Shown piece after piece: positions 12,221-23,674 of a stretch of 64,000 bases of DNA. Each line of letters opens with the position of its first letter. The stretch's first letter is position 1. The notes under the pieces are model-generated. The model had not been told where the DNA came from. It made no database searches and saw nothing but the letters and a program-made list of their open reading frames with translations. Source of the stretch: Octopus vulgaris (taxonomy: Eukaryota); contig OX597817.1 of assembly GCA_951406725.2 (NCBI GenBank), forward strand, positions 36,518,001 to 36,582,000, read 5' to 3'. The position numbers and the translations under genes are program-made.

Positions 12221-13292
12221 GGAAGGAAAACTGATCCAGATAGCAGCAAAACACGAGCAAAACAAAAAACTTATCTCAGTATTTAAGGAAGCTGACAAAT
12301 ACAAACAAGAAATCATACCACCTAATAAACACAAAGAAGAAGAAGAAGATGATGAAGAAACAACAAAAGCTATAAAACAAATGAAATCCAAACTAAAAAT
12401 AGAACAGCAACGAGCCATGATAAAACGATGGCAAGAAAAGCCCCTTCATGGTAAATACTGCACTAAACTAAACGCAAAAGAAATAGACAAAGAAAAATCC
12501 CAGCAATGGTTGAGAAGCTCAGGACTCAAAGCAGAAACAGAGGGATTTTTAATTGCAGCACAAGACCAAAGCCTCCCCACCAGAAATTACCAAAAACATG
12601 TAATGAAAAGAAATATTACAAGTAACTGCAGAATATGTGGAGATGGACAAGAAACAATAAATCATATTATCTCTAGCTGCCCAGTCCTGGCCAAGAAGGA
12701 ATATATTCACAGACATGACAGAGTTGGAACCTACATACATTGGAAGCTATGCCAACATTATGGAATAACAACAGAAAAAAGATGGTATAGGCACACACCA
12801 GAAAAGGTCACAGAAAACGAGAAAGCAACCATACTCTGGGATATGCCGATACACACAGATAGAGAAATTAAGGCCAACAGACCAGATATAGTTGTCAGAG
12901 ATCATGAAGAAAAAAATGCTTTCTAATTGATGTATCAATACCGGCTGATGACAACGTGTCTCTAAAAGAAATGGAGAAACTCTCAAAATACAAAGACCTG
13001 GAAATAGAGGTAACTAGAATGTGGAACCTGAAAACAGAAACAATTCCTATCATAGTAGGTGCATTAGGCATGATAAAAAAATATTCAGACAAATACATAA
13101 CAAAAACACCAGGACTTACAAACACATATAACATACAGAAAATTGCACTACTAGGCACTGCACACATCCTACGCAGAACACTTTCCATACAATAACCATC
13201 AGAGCATCACAACAAATCACAGCACATACCCAAGGCACACAGAGCTGTACTCGTAGTGAAGTGAAAGCACGCTATAAAAATAAAACTACTGA
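12220..13292 (+). mobile_element. 5'-truncated R4/Dong-clade non-LTR retrotransposon: CCHC zinc knuckle, restriction-like endonuclease and 3' UTR
   Basis: ETEGFLIAAQDQSLPTRNY; CRICGDGQETINHIISSC; RPDIVV..LIDVSIP..EKLSKYKDL; stop at 13195; a single frameshift in an A-run near 12910; (AAT)n on both sides. Confidence 0.92.
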
Positions 13293-13295
13293 ATG

Positions 13296-13367
<72 letters not shown>

Positions 13368-13369
<2 letters not shown>

Positions 13370-15257
13370 GAAATCAAAGATGGTAAGATATGACCAAAGA
13401 ATGAAGGTATACAGAGCAGAATAGGTTATTTAGAGTAGATCAGAAGAGATTCTACAAAGAAATAAATGGAGAGTGTACAGATGAAATGCTGATACCAGAT
13501 AACATTGAAAGTCAAAGGTTTTGGAGTGACATCTGGAGCAAAGACAAGGAGCACCAGAAGGATGCTGAATGGTTGCAAGAACTTAAATAAACAATAGTCT
13601 GTCTAAAACAGACAAAACTAGTCATTTCAGTTAGGGAAGTAAAGGAAATTAGCAAAACAAAAAAAGGAGTTGTGGTGGGCAACTGGATAGCCTCGGGAAC
13701 AGATGGAGTTCAAGTCTACTGGATCAAAAGATTTGATGAATATCATGCACGAATAGCTGCACAAATCAACACCTTGTTAAATGCCGACCAAGTAACACCA
13801 GAGTGGTTGACAATGGGTAGGACAGTTCAGTGCTTGAAAAATATCGGAAAAGGCATTACGGCAGACAATTACAGGCCGATATCCTACTTTTCTCTTAAGT
13901 GGAAATTATTGACTGGAATAGTCGCAGAGTCAATGTACAGACATCTGAGGAAAATGGAGTCTTGCCACATGAGCAGAAGGGTTGCAAGCGTAAGTGCAGA
14001 GGTATCAAGAATCAACTCCTGGTAGACAAAACTGTGCTCAGAGACTGCAAGAGGAAGAAAAATAACTTAGCCATGTCATAGATCGATTATTGTAAGGTGT
14101 ACGATAGGATCCCAAATTCTTGGATTATGAAATGTAGGAACCTATTTAGTTTTGCATCGAATGTTGAACGATTGCTTGGAAAAAGTATGACGATGTGGAG
14201 GACGGAACTAACAGCATATGGAAGAAGTTTAGGGATAATAGAAATTAGGGGAGGCATCTTCCAAGGAGACTGCCTGCCCCTACTGATCTTTGTGCTTTGC
14301 ATGATAACGCAAACACTGATTCTGATGAAAGCAAAGGCTGGTTATGTATTCAAGAGCCGCCAACAAAATGTCAACCATTATTATTCATGGATGATCTCAA
14401 ACTTTATGGTAAAGATGAAGCCCAAGTCAATTCCCTCGTTGACACGGTGTATACCTTCAGTGCTGATATCAGGATGGAGTCCGGAATAAAATAGTGTGGT
14501 GTGTTAGTCTTGAAGAAAGGCAAAATCAAATGTATGGATGAGCTAGCTATACCGTCAGGGGAGGTTATGAAGCAGATAGAAGGGACGGGCCATAAGTACC
14601 TAGGGATTTTGGAAATGGATAATTTGAAAGAGAAAGAAATGACAGAAAAAATCAAGGTGGAGTACTTGCGCAGACCGAGTCTGATCCTTAAGTTGACATT
14701 AAACGGCCTGAATAAGATTGAAGCTATCAACACCTGAGCGGTTTCACTCCTTACATAGGAGCAAGGGTAATCGCACGGACAGTAGACGAACTAAACAGCT
14801 TAGACAGAAAGACAAGATATGGGATACTCCACTCAAAATGTGGCACAGACAGACTGTATGTACCAAGAAAATGAGGGGGAAAAAGATTAATTGGATGTGA
14901 ACACAGAATTAGAGCAGAAGAAAACAACATAGCATGGTATGTAAAAAATGCCACAGAACCGCTATTATTGAAAGTAAGAAGGTCAGGCTTGTATATGATT
15001 GAAGATTGCAAAGATAAAGCACTGTACAGGCACTTGTGAATGAGTGAAACTGAAAACAGATGGATAAAGAAAAGAGTGCATGAACAATTTCAAGGGGATG
15101 TTGAAGATAAGACAGAGAGAGAAAATGACTGTGGATGACTAAAAATGATTTAAAACTGGAAACGGAGGTTCTAAACTGTGCAGCCCAAGAGCATGCATTA
15201 AGAGCGAAATATTTTACCCCAGCATCACTTTGATGGCATGCACTACTTTCTCATTAA
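13368..15257 (+). mobile_element. Decayed R4/Dong-clade non-LTR element containing the reverse transcriptase, with the zinc knuckle and RLE deleted
   Basis: [59 protein letters not shown] and LFMDDLKLY across frameshifts; ends with the same 3' terminus as 16245-16291; (AAT)n on both sides. Confidence 0.9.
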
Positions 15258-15262
15258 ATAAT

Positions 15263-15313
<51 letters not shown>

Positions 15314-15353
15314 AACAACAACAACAACAGCAGCAACAATAATAATAATAATG

Positions 15354-15416
<63 letters not shown>

Positions 15417-15417
15417 T

Positions 15418-15640
15418 CGCAGAGAAATCCGAATCAAGTACTGCCCACATCCTTAGAAAAACCCTATCAGTTTAAATGTCCGTGTTGTATTACATGATGA
15501 TATTTCGCTACTGACCCTCCTACTGCTCCTCCCCAAGCTTTCAGTCATACTGTAACTTCTCTTATTCTTCACTCGCCCTAGGACGTTGGGTGTGTCTCGT
15601 CAAGTGATTGTAACAAACATACAAATTAAAAATAGATAAC
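15418..15640 (+). mobile_element. Short 3' end of another Dong/R4 element
   Basis: TAHILRKTLSV* matches the C-terminus GTAHILRRTLSIQ* of the 12220 element; followed by a UTR and an AAT/AAC repeat. Confidence 0.75.
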
Positions 15641-15682
15641 AATAATAATCATAGTAACAACAATAATGATGATGATGATGAT

Positions 15683-15721
<39 letters not shown>

Positions 15722-15739
15722 AATAATAATAATAATGAT

Positions 15740-16291
15740 ATCATATTCCCTGATGCAGAACTTGACAGTGGCTTTCAAGGCTTCTCATCTTAACTGACTG
15801 GAAGTGTTATGTAGATTGTTTTGTCTTGGTATAAAAGATGGGCTACAGCAAATACTAGAGACTTGCTTGTCACTTGTCTGACCTTAACCAGATAAGCATG
15901 TCCCTTAGTGGCTGAAGATATATCATCTCTGATCACGGGCAGTTGTAGTAGGGGAGCATCGTAGCCATGTGTTGAAAGCAATTCTTTGGAGTTTGAATAA
16001 TTCACCTCTGGAAACATCGGTGTTTCAACATTCGTTCAACATCCCTAAATAGCCCTTATTCAGAGATCTTTTGAGCGGAATGGGTAACTCAACCTGAAGA
16101 AAATTCTAACTGGGCACCACCCGCAATGTCATACGCTGTTTATCTTGATATGAGATCACCATGTCGCGCACATATGGTTGTGATGCATGTGCCTGGTGTA
16201 CCCTTATCACAACGGGTAGTCATGATGGTTATATGGGCTTTGTATATTTTACCCCAGTATCATTTTGATGGCACGCACAGCTCTCTCACTC
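15740..16291 (+). mobile_element. Probable 3' UTR-only fragment of the Dong-like family seen at 13368
   Basis: Terminal TATTTTACCCCAGTATCATTTTGATGGCACGCAC..CTCTCACTC is similar to 15211-15257; embedded between (AAT)n arrays. Confidence 0.65.
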
Positions 16292-16344
<53 letters not shown>

Positions 16345-17029
16345 GGAAAGGAAGAAAAGAAGAAAGAAACTAAGTGCGGGTTTGCAGTGCTCTTAAAATA
16401 TATCAGATGGTGAAAAATAGAAAATAGAAACTATTTTGCGTCAATAATATGACTATGCCATCTTTTAACCTAGAATTAATTGAATATTTATTTTAATATA
16501 TACTTTTATGTTGAATCGTTAAACATAAATTATAGAGTTGTAATTGCTTAACAATAAAATTTGATACATCGCTAAATTATATAATGGTAGTGCCATTTGT
16601 ATAATAAATATTTCAGATTAACCTACTTCAATGCAAGAAATGCCAATGAGGGCAGCGACTTTGAATTCACTAAACCTATTCAAATATGGAGGACTATTAA
16701 AAGTGTAGCTATAATAATAGTAGTGCTCCAGCACGGCAAAAGTTTGCGGGCTAAAACGACTAAAAGTTTATTATCATTTATCTGATAATATTTCAAATAG
16801 ATACGGTATCGAGCATTTGGCAGTGAGGGCAAGGAATAATAGTATAGACCCCATTACTTGGATAATACTTTATTTTATTTGGACCTTAATACATGAAATG
16901 CAGTCTTAACCATTGAAAGATTTGAGCTCAGAACGTAAAGAATTTAAACTAAATTCTGCCAGTTATTTAATCATCTCTCAACTGATAGCGGTGATATACA
17001 GTCCCTATTTGCTATATACTGCTCTAACC

Positions 17030-17230
17030 CAAAGGCACAAATGCTGAAATGTTGTTGGCAGGGGCTAGTCGATTACATCGACCCCACTGCTCAAATTCTA
17101 TAATTTTATGGACCTCAGAAAAGTTTAAAGTGCAAAATCAACTTCGGTGACATATAAACTCAGGAGAAGTTAAAGCCGGAAAAAATGTCGCTCAGCATTT
17201 CGTCCGCGTACTAACAATTCTGCCAGCTCG
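17030..17230 (-). mobile_element. Degenerate SINE group 2
   Basis: GTCGATTACATCGACCCC...TCTGCCAGCTCG is shared with younger copies. Confidence 0.65.
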
Positions 17231-17879
17231 CGACCTACACGTTTAACTACATCATACAACGTAACCCACTGGAATAAAGGGATTATAAACCAGGTCACAC
17301 AGGGTGACAAAGCTTTTGATGCCCAATGATATATATAATACGATCGTTAGGTAGTCAATTAGTAGAGCCTTAAGAGTGTCGGATAGATTATTCTGTGGAA
17401 ATCGTTCCGACTCTCTTCAAAGCACACTGAAGTCAAATTTGGCTTTAATCTTTCCGGATATCAAATAAAATATCGGAGCTGCACTGGAGGCGATTCCATT
17501 TTCTTCTCAAATACCTCGTTTCTGTCAATCTCTCGAAATCTGGAAGGAATTGACATTGATAAGCCTTAGATTGCACTGCCAAGTCCAAAATGATATTCAT
17601 GTCATGTGGTATGTAACGACGGCGTCCCTACGACTCCATACGAATCTATGTCAAAGCACGATATATACGAATGTTCATGTAAATAAACATTAATTATCGT
17701 GATCACAGTAAAACAACAACAAAATAATAATTAAATACTGGGCAGGTTTTTGTTTACTTTTCTCTCGTCCTCATCCTTAACAACTTTGTTATGGACCTAA
17801 ATAAAAGGAAATTAGCTCTCATGGCTATCACCAAAAATATTCTCACACACATTCGCGCGCATATAATAGTGTGTTTTTA

Positions 17880-18192
17880 TTTTTTTATGCGCCCTTTTCA
17901 AACCTAGCCAGGCTCATGGGCCCGGTTTACCGGTTCTGTGGCGCATGTGTTCCCCCCAGCTGGAAAGGACGCAAGTCCATCGCAGCATTACTCAAGAAAC
18001 AGGAAGAAATAGTGAGAAAAAGTTTGGGGCGAAAGTGTACAATAGGGGTCGCCAACACCCCCCTACCGGAGCCTCGTGGAGCTTTTGGTGTTTTCGCTCA
18101 ATAAACATACACAACACCCGGTCTGGGAATCGAAACCGCGATCCTCCGATCGCGAGTTCGCAGGCCTAATCACTGGGCCATTGCGCCTTCAC
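17880..18192 (-). mobile_element. tRNA-derived SINE group 3 variant
   Basis: Head GTGAAGGCGCAATGGCCCAGTGATTAG...GGTTTCGATTCCC; 3' part similar to the 5225 element. Confidence 0.82.
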
Positions 18193-18901
18193 ATATAATG
18201 GTATATGTCTGTTTTAATGTGACTATTAGGAGTTTATCCCGCCGTAATAGATAGATTCAGTAACAGAAAAATATAATAAAATATGAACTAATTCTGAAAA
18301 CAGGTTTAGAAATAGAAATTATACTATGTTCCACACATTTGGATCACGTGTAGCACAGATATTTCACCCAAGGGGAAAGATATTTTCTCTTTTAATTGAG
18401 TCCCTTATGCCACTTTATAATAATATTAAGGTAACGCAACGATTATTTTTATTTTCTCTATTAGCTTGTCGGCAATGCATATAACCATTTAGTTATAACA
18501 AACGTTCTCCTTTGGTTACCTTAGCCTCACCCACCGCTCTGAATGCGAATAACACAACAAAAACGAAAATCTAATGCTAAAGAGAACTCAAAGGGTGATA
18601 CAATTCATTTGATGTATCAGTAATTCCTTTTAGTTTTTTTTTCTCTTTTGGGTGTTTGCTTCAAAGACTGTTAAGATAATTCATTGCACAGTTCCTAATG
18701 AGATTACAGAAAGCAGTTCTATTTAATGAAAATATGCATTATAATTAGCAACGAATCGGGATTGCTTTGTACCCTTCAGGTAGCCGATAAAACTGATAAT
18801 TAAAGTAGACGGTTATCACACGAAGTTGTTGTTGCAAACAGTCTTCTCTCGTATGTGAGTGTGTGTGTGAGTGTATGTGGTGTGTGTGTGTGTGTGTGTG
18901 T

Positions 18902-18948
<47 letters not shown>

Positions 18949-19181
18949 GTTCCTTATTCACTAGAGATTCGGAGCTCGAACTTCTTGCGTTTTATCTCTG
19001 TCATTTAGTGAACTGTGTTACATCTCTTTCATTGGTATATAATTTAGGCAGAAGGGAAGTTTTGCCTTGTTGAAATGGTAATCTACCATATACCAGCACT
19101 AGAATTATGTGCAGTGTTTAAACATTACTAAACATAACAGTCGAATTTCCCTCTGTTTACACAACTGCATCATAAACGATG

Positions 19182-19820
19182 AGGCAGCAAGCTGGCAGAA
19201 ACGTTAGCACGCCGAGCGAAATGCGTAGCCGTATTTTGTCTGCCGTTACGTTCTAAGTTCAAATTCCGCCGAGGTCGACTTTGCCTTTCATCCTATTGGA
19301 GGCGGCGAGCTGGCAGGAACGTTAGCACGCCGGGCGATATGCTTAGCGGTATTTCGTCTGCCGTATTTCGACTTTGCCTTTCATCCTTTCAGGGTCGATA
19401 AATTAAATACCAGTTACGCACTGGGGTCGATGTAATGGACTTAATCCGTTTCTGTCCTTGTTTGTCCCCTCTATGTTTAGCCCCTTGTGTGTAGTAAAGA
19501 AATAGGTATTTCGTCTGCCGCTACGTTCTGAGTTCAAATTCCGCCGAGGTCGACTTTACCTTTCATCCTTTCGGGGTCGATAAATAAGTAACAGTTACGC
19601 AGTGGGGTCGATATAATCGACTTAATCCGTTTGTCTGTCCTTGTTTGTCCTCTCTGTGTTTAGCCCCTTGTGGGTAGTAAAGAAATAGGTATTTCGAAGT
19701 CGACTTTGCCTTTCATCCTTTCAAGGTCAATAAATTCAGAACCATTTGTGTACTGGGATCGATCTAATCGACTGGCTCCCTCCACCAAAATTTCGGCCTT
19801 TGTGCTTAGTGTAGAAAAGA
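19182..19820 (+). mobile_element. Tandem multimer of SINE group 2 (about 4 partial units)
   Basis: Heads at 19182 and 19301; internal re-entries at 19501 and 19685; repeated core GTCGACTTTGCCTTTCATCCTTTC. Confidence 0.88.
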
Positions 19821-19925
19821 GTATACAAAGAAACAAAAAATCCAGCTTGTTGTGACTTGAAACCCTTAGATCAAAGACCTACTCAAACACAACCTCAACC
19901 AGAGAACGCTAGCAACAACAGCAAT

Positions 19926-20120
19926 GTGGAGGCACAATGGCCCAGTGGTTAGGGCAGTGGACTCGCGGTCGTAAGAACGCAGTTTCGATTACCCGATCGG
20001 GCATTGTGAGTGTTTATTTAGCAAAAACACCTAAGCTCCACGACGCTTCGGCGGGGGTGGGGGTGGGGGTGAACCCGCTGTACTCTTTCACCACAACTTT
20101 CTCTCACTCTTTCTTCCTGC
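19926..20120 (+). mobile_element. SINE group 3 head and body
   Basis: GTGGAGGCACAATGGCCCAGTGGTTAGGGC...GTTTCGATTACC; body matches the 17880 copy. Confidence 0.8.
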
Positions 20121-20394
20121 TTCTGCCATAAAGCAGAGGAACCATGGTGTGGTAAACTTTCAGACCCTAGTCTAGATTGCGAATCCTTTGTACCCCAGTT
20201 GTGTTCAGCTCTCCAATCGTTAAAAGCCACTGTTTACAGAATGAGGATAACAACGTAGCTTTCGCGCCCGTGCAACCGCCAGTCTATTGCGGGTGGTGAG
20301 TAGATCTTCAAGTGGCCACACGCATTCTTAGTAGCTTAGAGTAGGTTCGAATTAGAGATTATTCTTTGTGGTCAATGGCGTGAGTCCTGAATGG

Positions 20395-20592
20395 AAGAAG
20401 AAAAAGAAGAAGAAGAAGAAGAAGAAGAAGAAGAAGAAGAAGAAGAAGAAGAAGAAGAAGAAGAAGAAGAAGAAGAAGAAGAAGAAGAAGAAGAAGAAGG
20501 AAGAAGAAGAAGGAGGAGAAGAAGGAGGAGAAGAAGAAGAAGAAGAAGAAGAAGAAGAAGAAGAAGAAGAAGACGAAGAAGAAGAAGAAGAC
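20395..20592. repeat. (GAA)n microsatellite
   Basis: Directly visible; explains the polyK/E/F/S ORFs. Confidence 0.97.
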
Positions 20593-20776
20593 AACAGCAA
20601 TGCCAAGAGTAGACATCGCTGTTGTTATTGGTGCTGCGTTCGCGAGGCGCAAAAGAAATTGCGTAGGAAGCTGCTAAATTGAAGAAGATTGTTGGGAGGA
20701 CGATTAAAAAGGAATGATAGCGAGGAGTAAAGTGCAAAGTGAGTGAGGGATTCATACATAAATTTATGGGAGACAA

Positions 20777-20843
<67 letters not shown>

Positions 20844-20847
20844 ATAT

Positions 20848-21088
20848 ATCATCCCCGCCAGCTGGGACTAGCACCTGGTGCTAGTTCCAGCTAGCGGGGG
20901 TGATTGCCTCCCCTTTGGAAATATAAGGACACAGAAAATGTGACAAAGACGACAGGAAACGTCGATGTTTCCCAGGGCTAAATGGCGGTGGTGTAATTCC
21001 CTTACGGGACTGTCACGTTGAGTTGACAGTTAACAACCACTATATTGCTCCACCACCACTCATGTCTCTCTGAGACATTTAGAAATTC
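20848..21088. other. Hairpin-rich element of unknown class between (TA)n tracts
   Basis: Palindrome with 28-bp arms at 20848-20904 (25/28 Watson-Crick) plus several shorter stem-loops. Confidence 0.55.
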
Positions 21089-21397
21089 AATATATCTAAT
21101 TATATATATAGTTAGTTAGATAGATGGAGATAGATAGAAAGAGACAACCAAACAAAGAAATAATGTAAGAAAGAAAGGGACTGTGTATTTATCAAACTTT
21201 TCTTTCTAAAAGGTTACTAAATATGTATTCTACTAAAATGTATTGAGTAGTTCTTCGTTTTAATGTTAAATTGCTTTTATATGAAACTTAACGTAAAACA
21301 AATACCTACATACATTCATACATACATACACACACACACAAATATATATATATATATATATATATTTATAAATATATAATCACGTGTATATATTTAG

Positions 21398-21455
<58 letters not shown>

Positions 21456-22425
21456 GTATATATATTTGGGCTACATTTACAGGCATTAAAGCAGACGTTC
21501 ATTATATTCAATATATTTATATTTTAGTAGAAATAACCCGCAACTACTTAAGATTTGGTACAATAAAGGATGATGATAAACATAATAATAACCATTCCCG
21601 TAGTATCATTACCAGGACAGACAATTTGACATCAGCTTAAACTCAGCCAGCGTCGAACAGCGGTGTCTATTACAAAAACAACATTACTGCACCAGCATTG
21701 ACCTAAGGAGGAACCCTCTATGTATTTGTCTAACCCGAAAGAAGAATAGTTAAATATCTTTCATTTTGTACCCTATCACCTTTAACGAAGATTTTGGAGA
21801 ATGTAGAGCTTGATATCAGAAGGGTTAGATGGGTACAACTGGAATACCTACAGTCATAGGCCTGCCATTTTGGGTGCATTCTTTAGCTTCAATAACATCT
21901 AGTGTTTAATTAGCGATCCTCCACACATTTGGTTCTCAATCTTTGTTTGCCTTTGTATGCCTTTTATTCATATCTTACTCTATTTGATCCCATACCCATT
22001 CGATGTTTATAAAATATCCTATTATATCTTTATAATTAAATATTGTGTGGAAGCACTCCGTCGGTTACGACGACGAGGGTTCCGGTTGATCCATCCCCAC
22101 TCCATCCGACCCGAGGGTCATGTGGGTTCCCAGTTGAGAGCCACTGACCTGCATTGTCACTTTACTAAACAAAACAGTTACATTTCCCTGAAATCACAAA
22201 CATTATTGTATATATTTTCCGATACATTATAAAAAGAAGAGTTGGTAACGGTTGGAAACTCCTTGGCAGGTTTGAGAAGAGTTGACTTGGGACTAAAGTA
22301 AAAAGGTAGTCGTACGTTTTGCTTGTCATAGCAACTAAATCACTGTCGAATCACATTCTGTCATCTTTGATATAATGGGCTTATTCGATAACATAGGCTG
22401 AGTGAATCAGCTATCTATAAGGACA

Positions 22426-23009
22426 GGCGAAATGCGTAGCCGTATTTCGTCTGCCGTTACGTTCTGAGTTCAAATTCCGCCGAGGTCGACTTTGCCTTTC
22501 ATCCTTTCGGGGTGGATAAACTAAGTATCAGTTACGCACTGGGATCGATGTTTGTCCCCTCTATGTTTAGCCTCTTGTGTGTAATAAAGAAATAGGTATT
22601 TCGTCTGCCGCTACGTTTAGCCCCTTGTGGGCAGTAAAGAAATAAGTGTTTCGTCTGCCGTTACGTCCTGAGTTCAAATTCCTCCGAGGTCGACTTTGCC
22701 TTTCATCCTTTCGGGGTCGATAAATTAAGTACCATTTACGCACTGGGGTCGATATAATCAATTTAATCCGTGTGTCTGTCCTTGTTTGCCCCTTCTATGT
22801 TTAGCCCCTTGTGGGTAATAAAGAAACAGGTATTTCGTTTGAGGTCACCTTCCGAGTTCAAATTCCGCCGAGGTCGACTTTGCCTTTCATCCTTTCGGGG
22901 TCGATAAATTAAGTACCAGTTACGTACTGGGATCGATGTAATCGACTTAATCCGTGTGTCTGTCCTTGTTTGTCCCCTCTATGTTTAGCCCCTTGTGAGT
23001 AATAAAGAA
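22426..23009 (+). mobile_element. SINE group 2 multimer (3-4 units) bracketed by a single 9-bp TSD
   Basis: ATAAGGACA at 22417-22425 and 23010-23018; internal junctions at about 22591, 22641 and 22825. Confidence 0.88.
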
Positions 23010-23505
23010 ATAAGGACAAGATGGTATGGCTAGAACGCTATGGATCATAATTACGTGTAATATCGGTTGATGTGGAACTAAGAGCAACAAAATCAAATCC
23101 GCCACCAACAATTTCATTCCCCGTGCGCTCACTGTCAACATCAGCACCCTTTATCAACAGGGGTCCAGTGCCAAAACAAATATTACCAGCCGGTTTTCCT
23201 CTCACAAATATCAGCAGATGCAACACCGCACATTACTGATACCACCATCAATTCCATTGAACCATCACCTACAGCAACAACCTCATTGCCATTGCTAGTA
23301 TCGCTATTATCACTAGAACCAGTAAAAGTGAACTGAAAATGTTAACCTTTCACACTGAAAAATGTAACTGAACTTTTGAGGTGGTGGAGTACAGTGCTTA
23401 CTATTCAACATTTGTATACATTTGTATACAGAAACATTTAATAGACCAAATGTCATTACTTATTGATTAGAGACTGTCTGAATCTATGCATATAACTGAA
23501 ATATA

Positions 23506-23588
<83 letters not shown>

Positions 23589-23597
23589 TATATATAT

Positions 23598-23674
<77 letters not shown>

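Noticed and set aside
11994-12926. 310-aa poly-Asn protein as a host or domesticated gene
   Set aside because: A chance ATG and an (AAT)n array run in frame into a 5'-truncated retrotransposon ORF
20352-20776. PolyK/E/R or polyS/F proteins
   Set aside because: (GAA)n microsatellite
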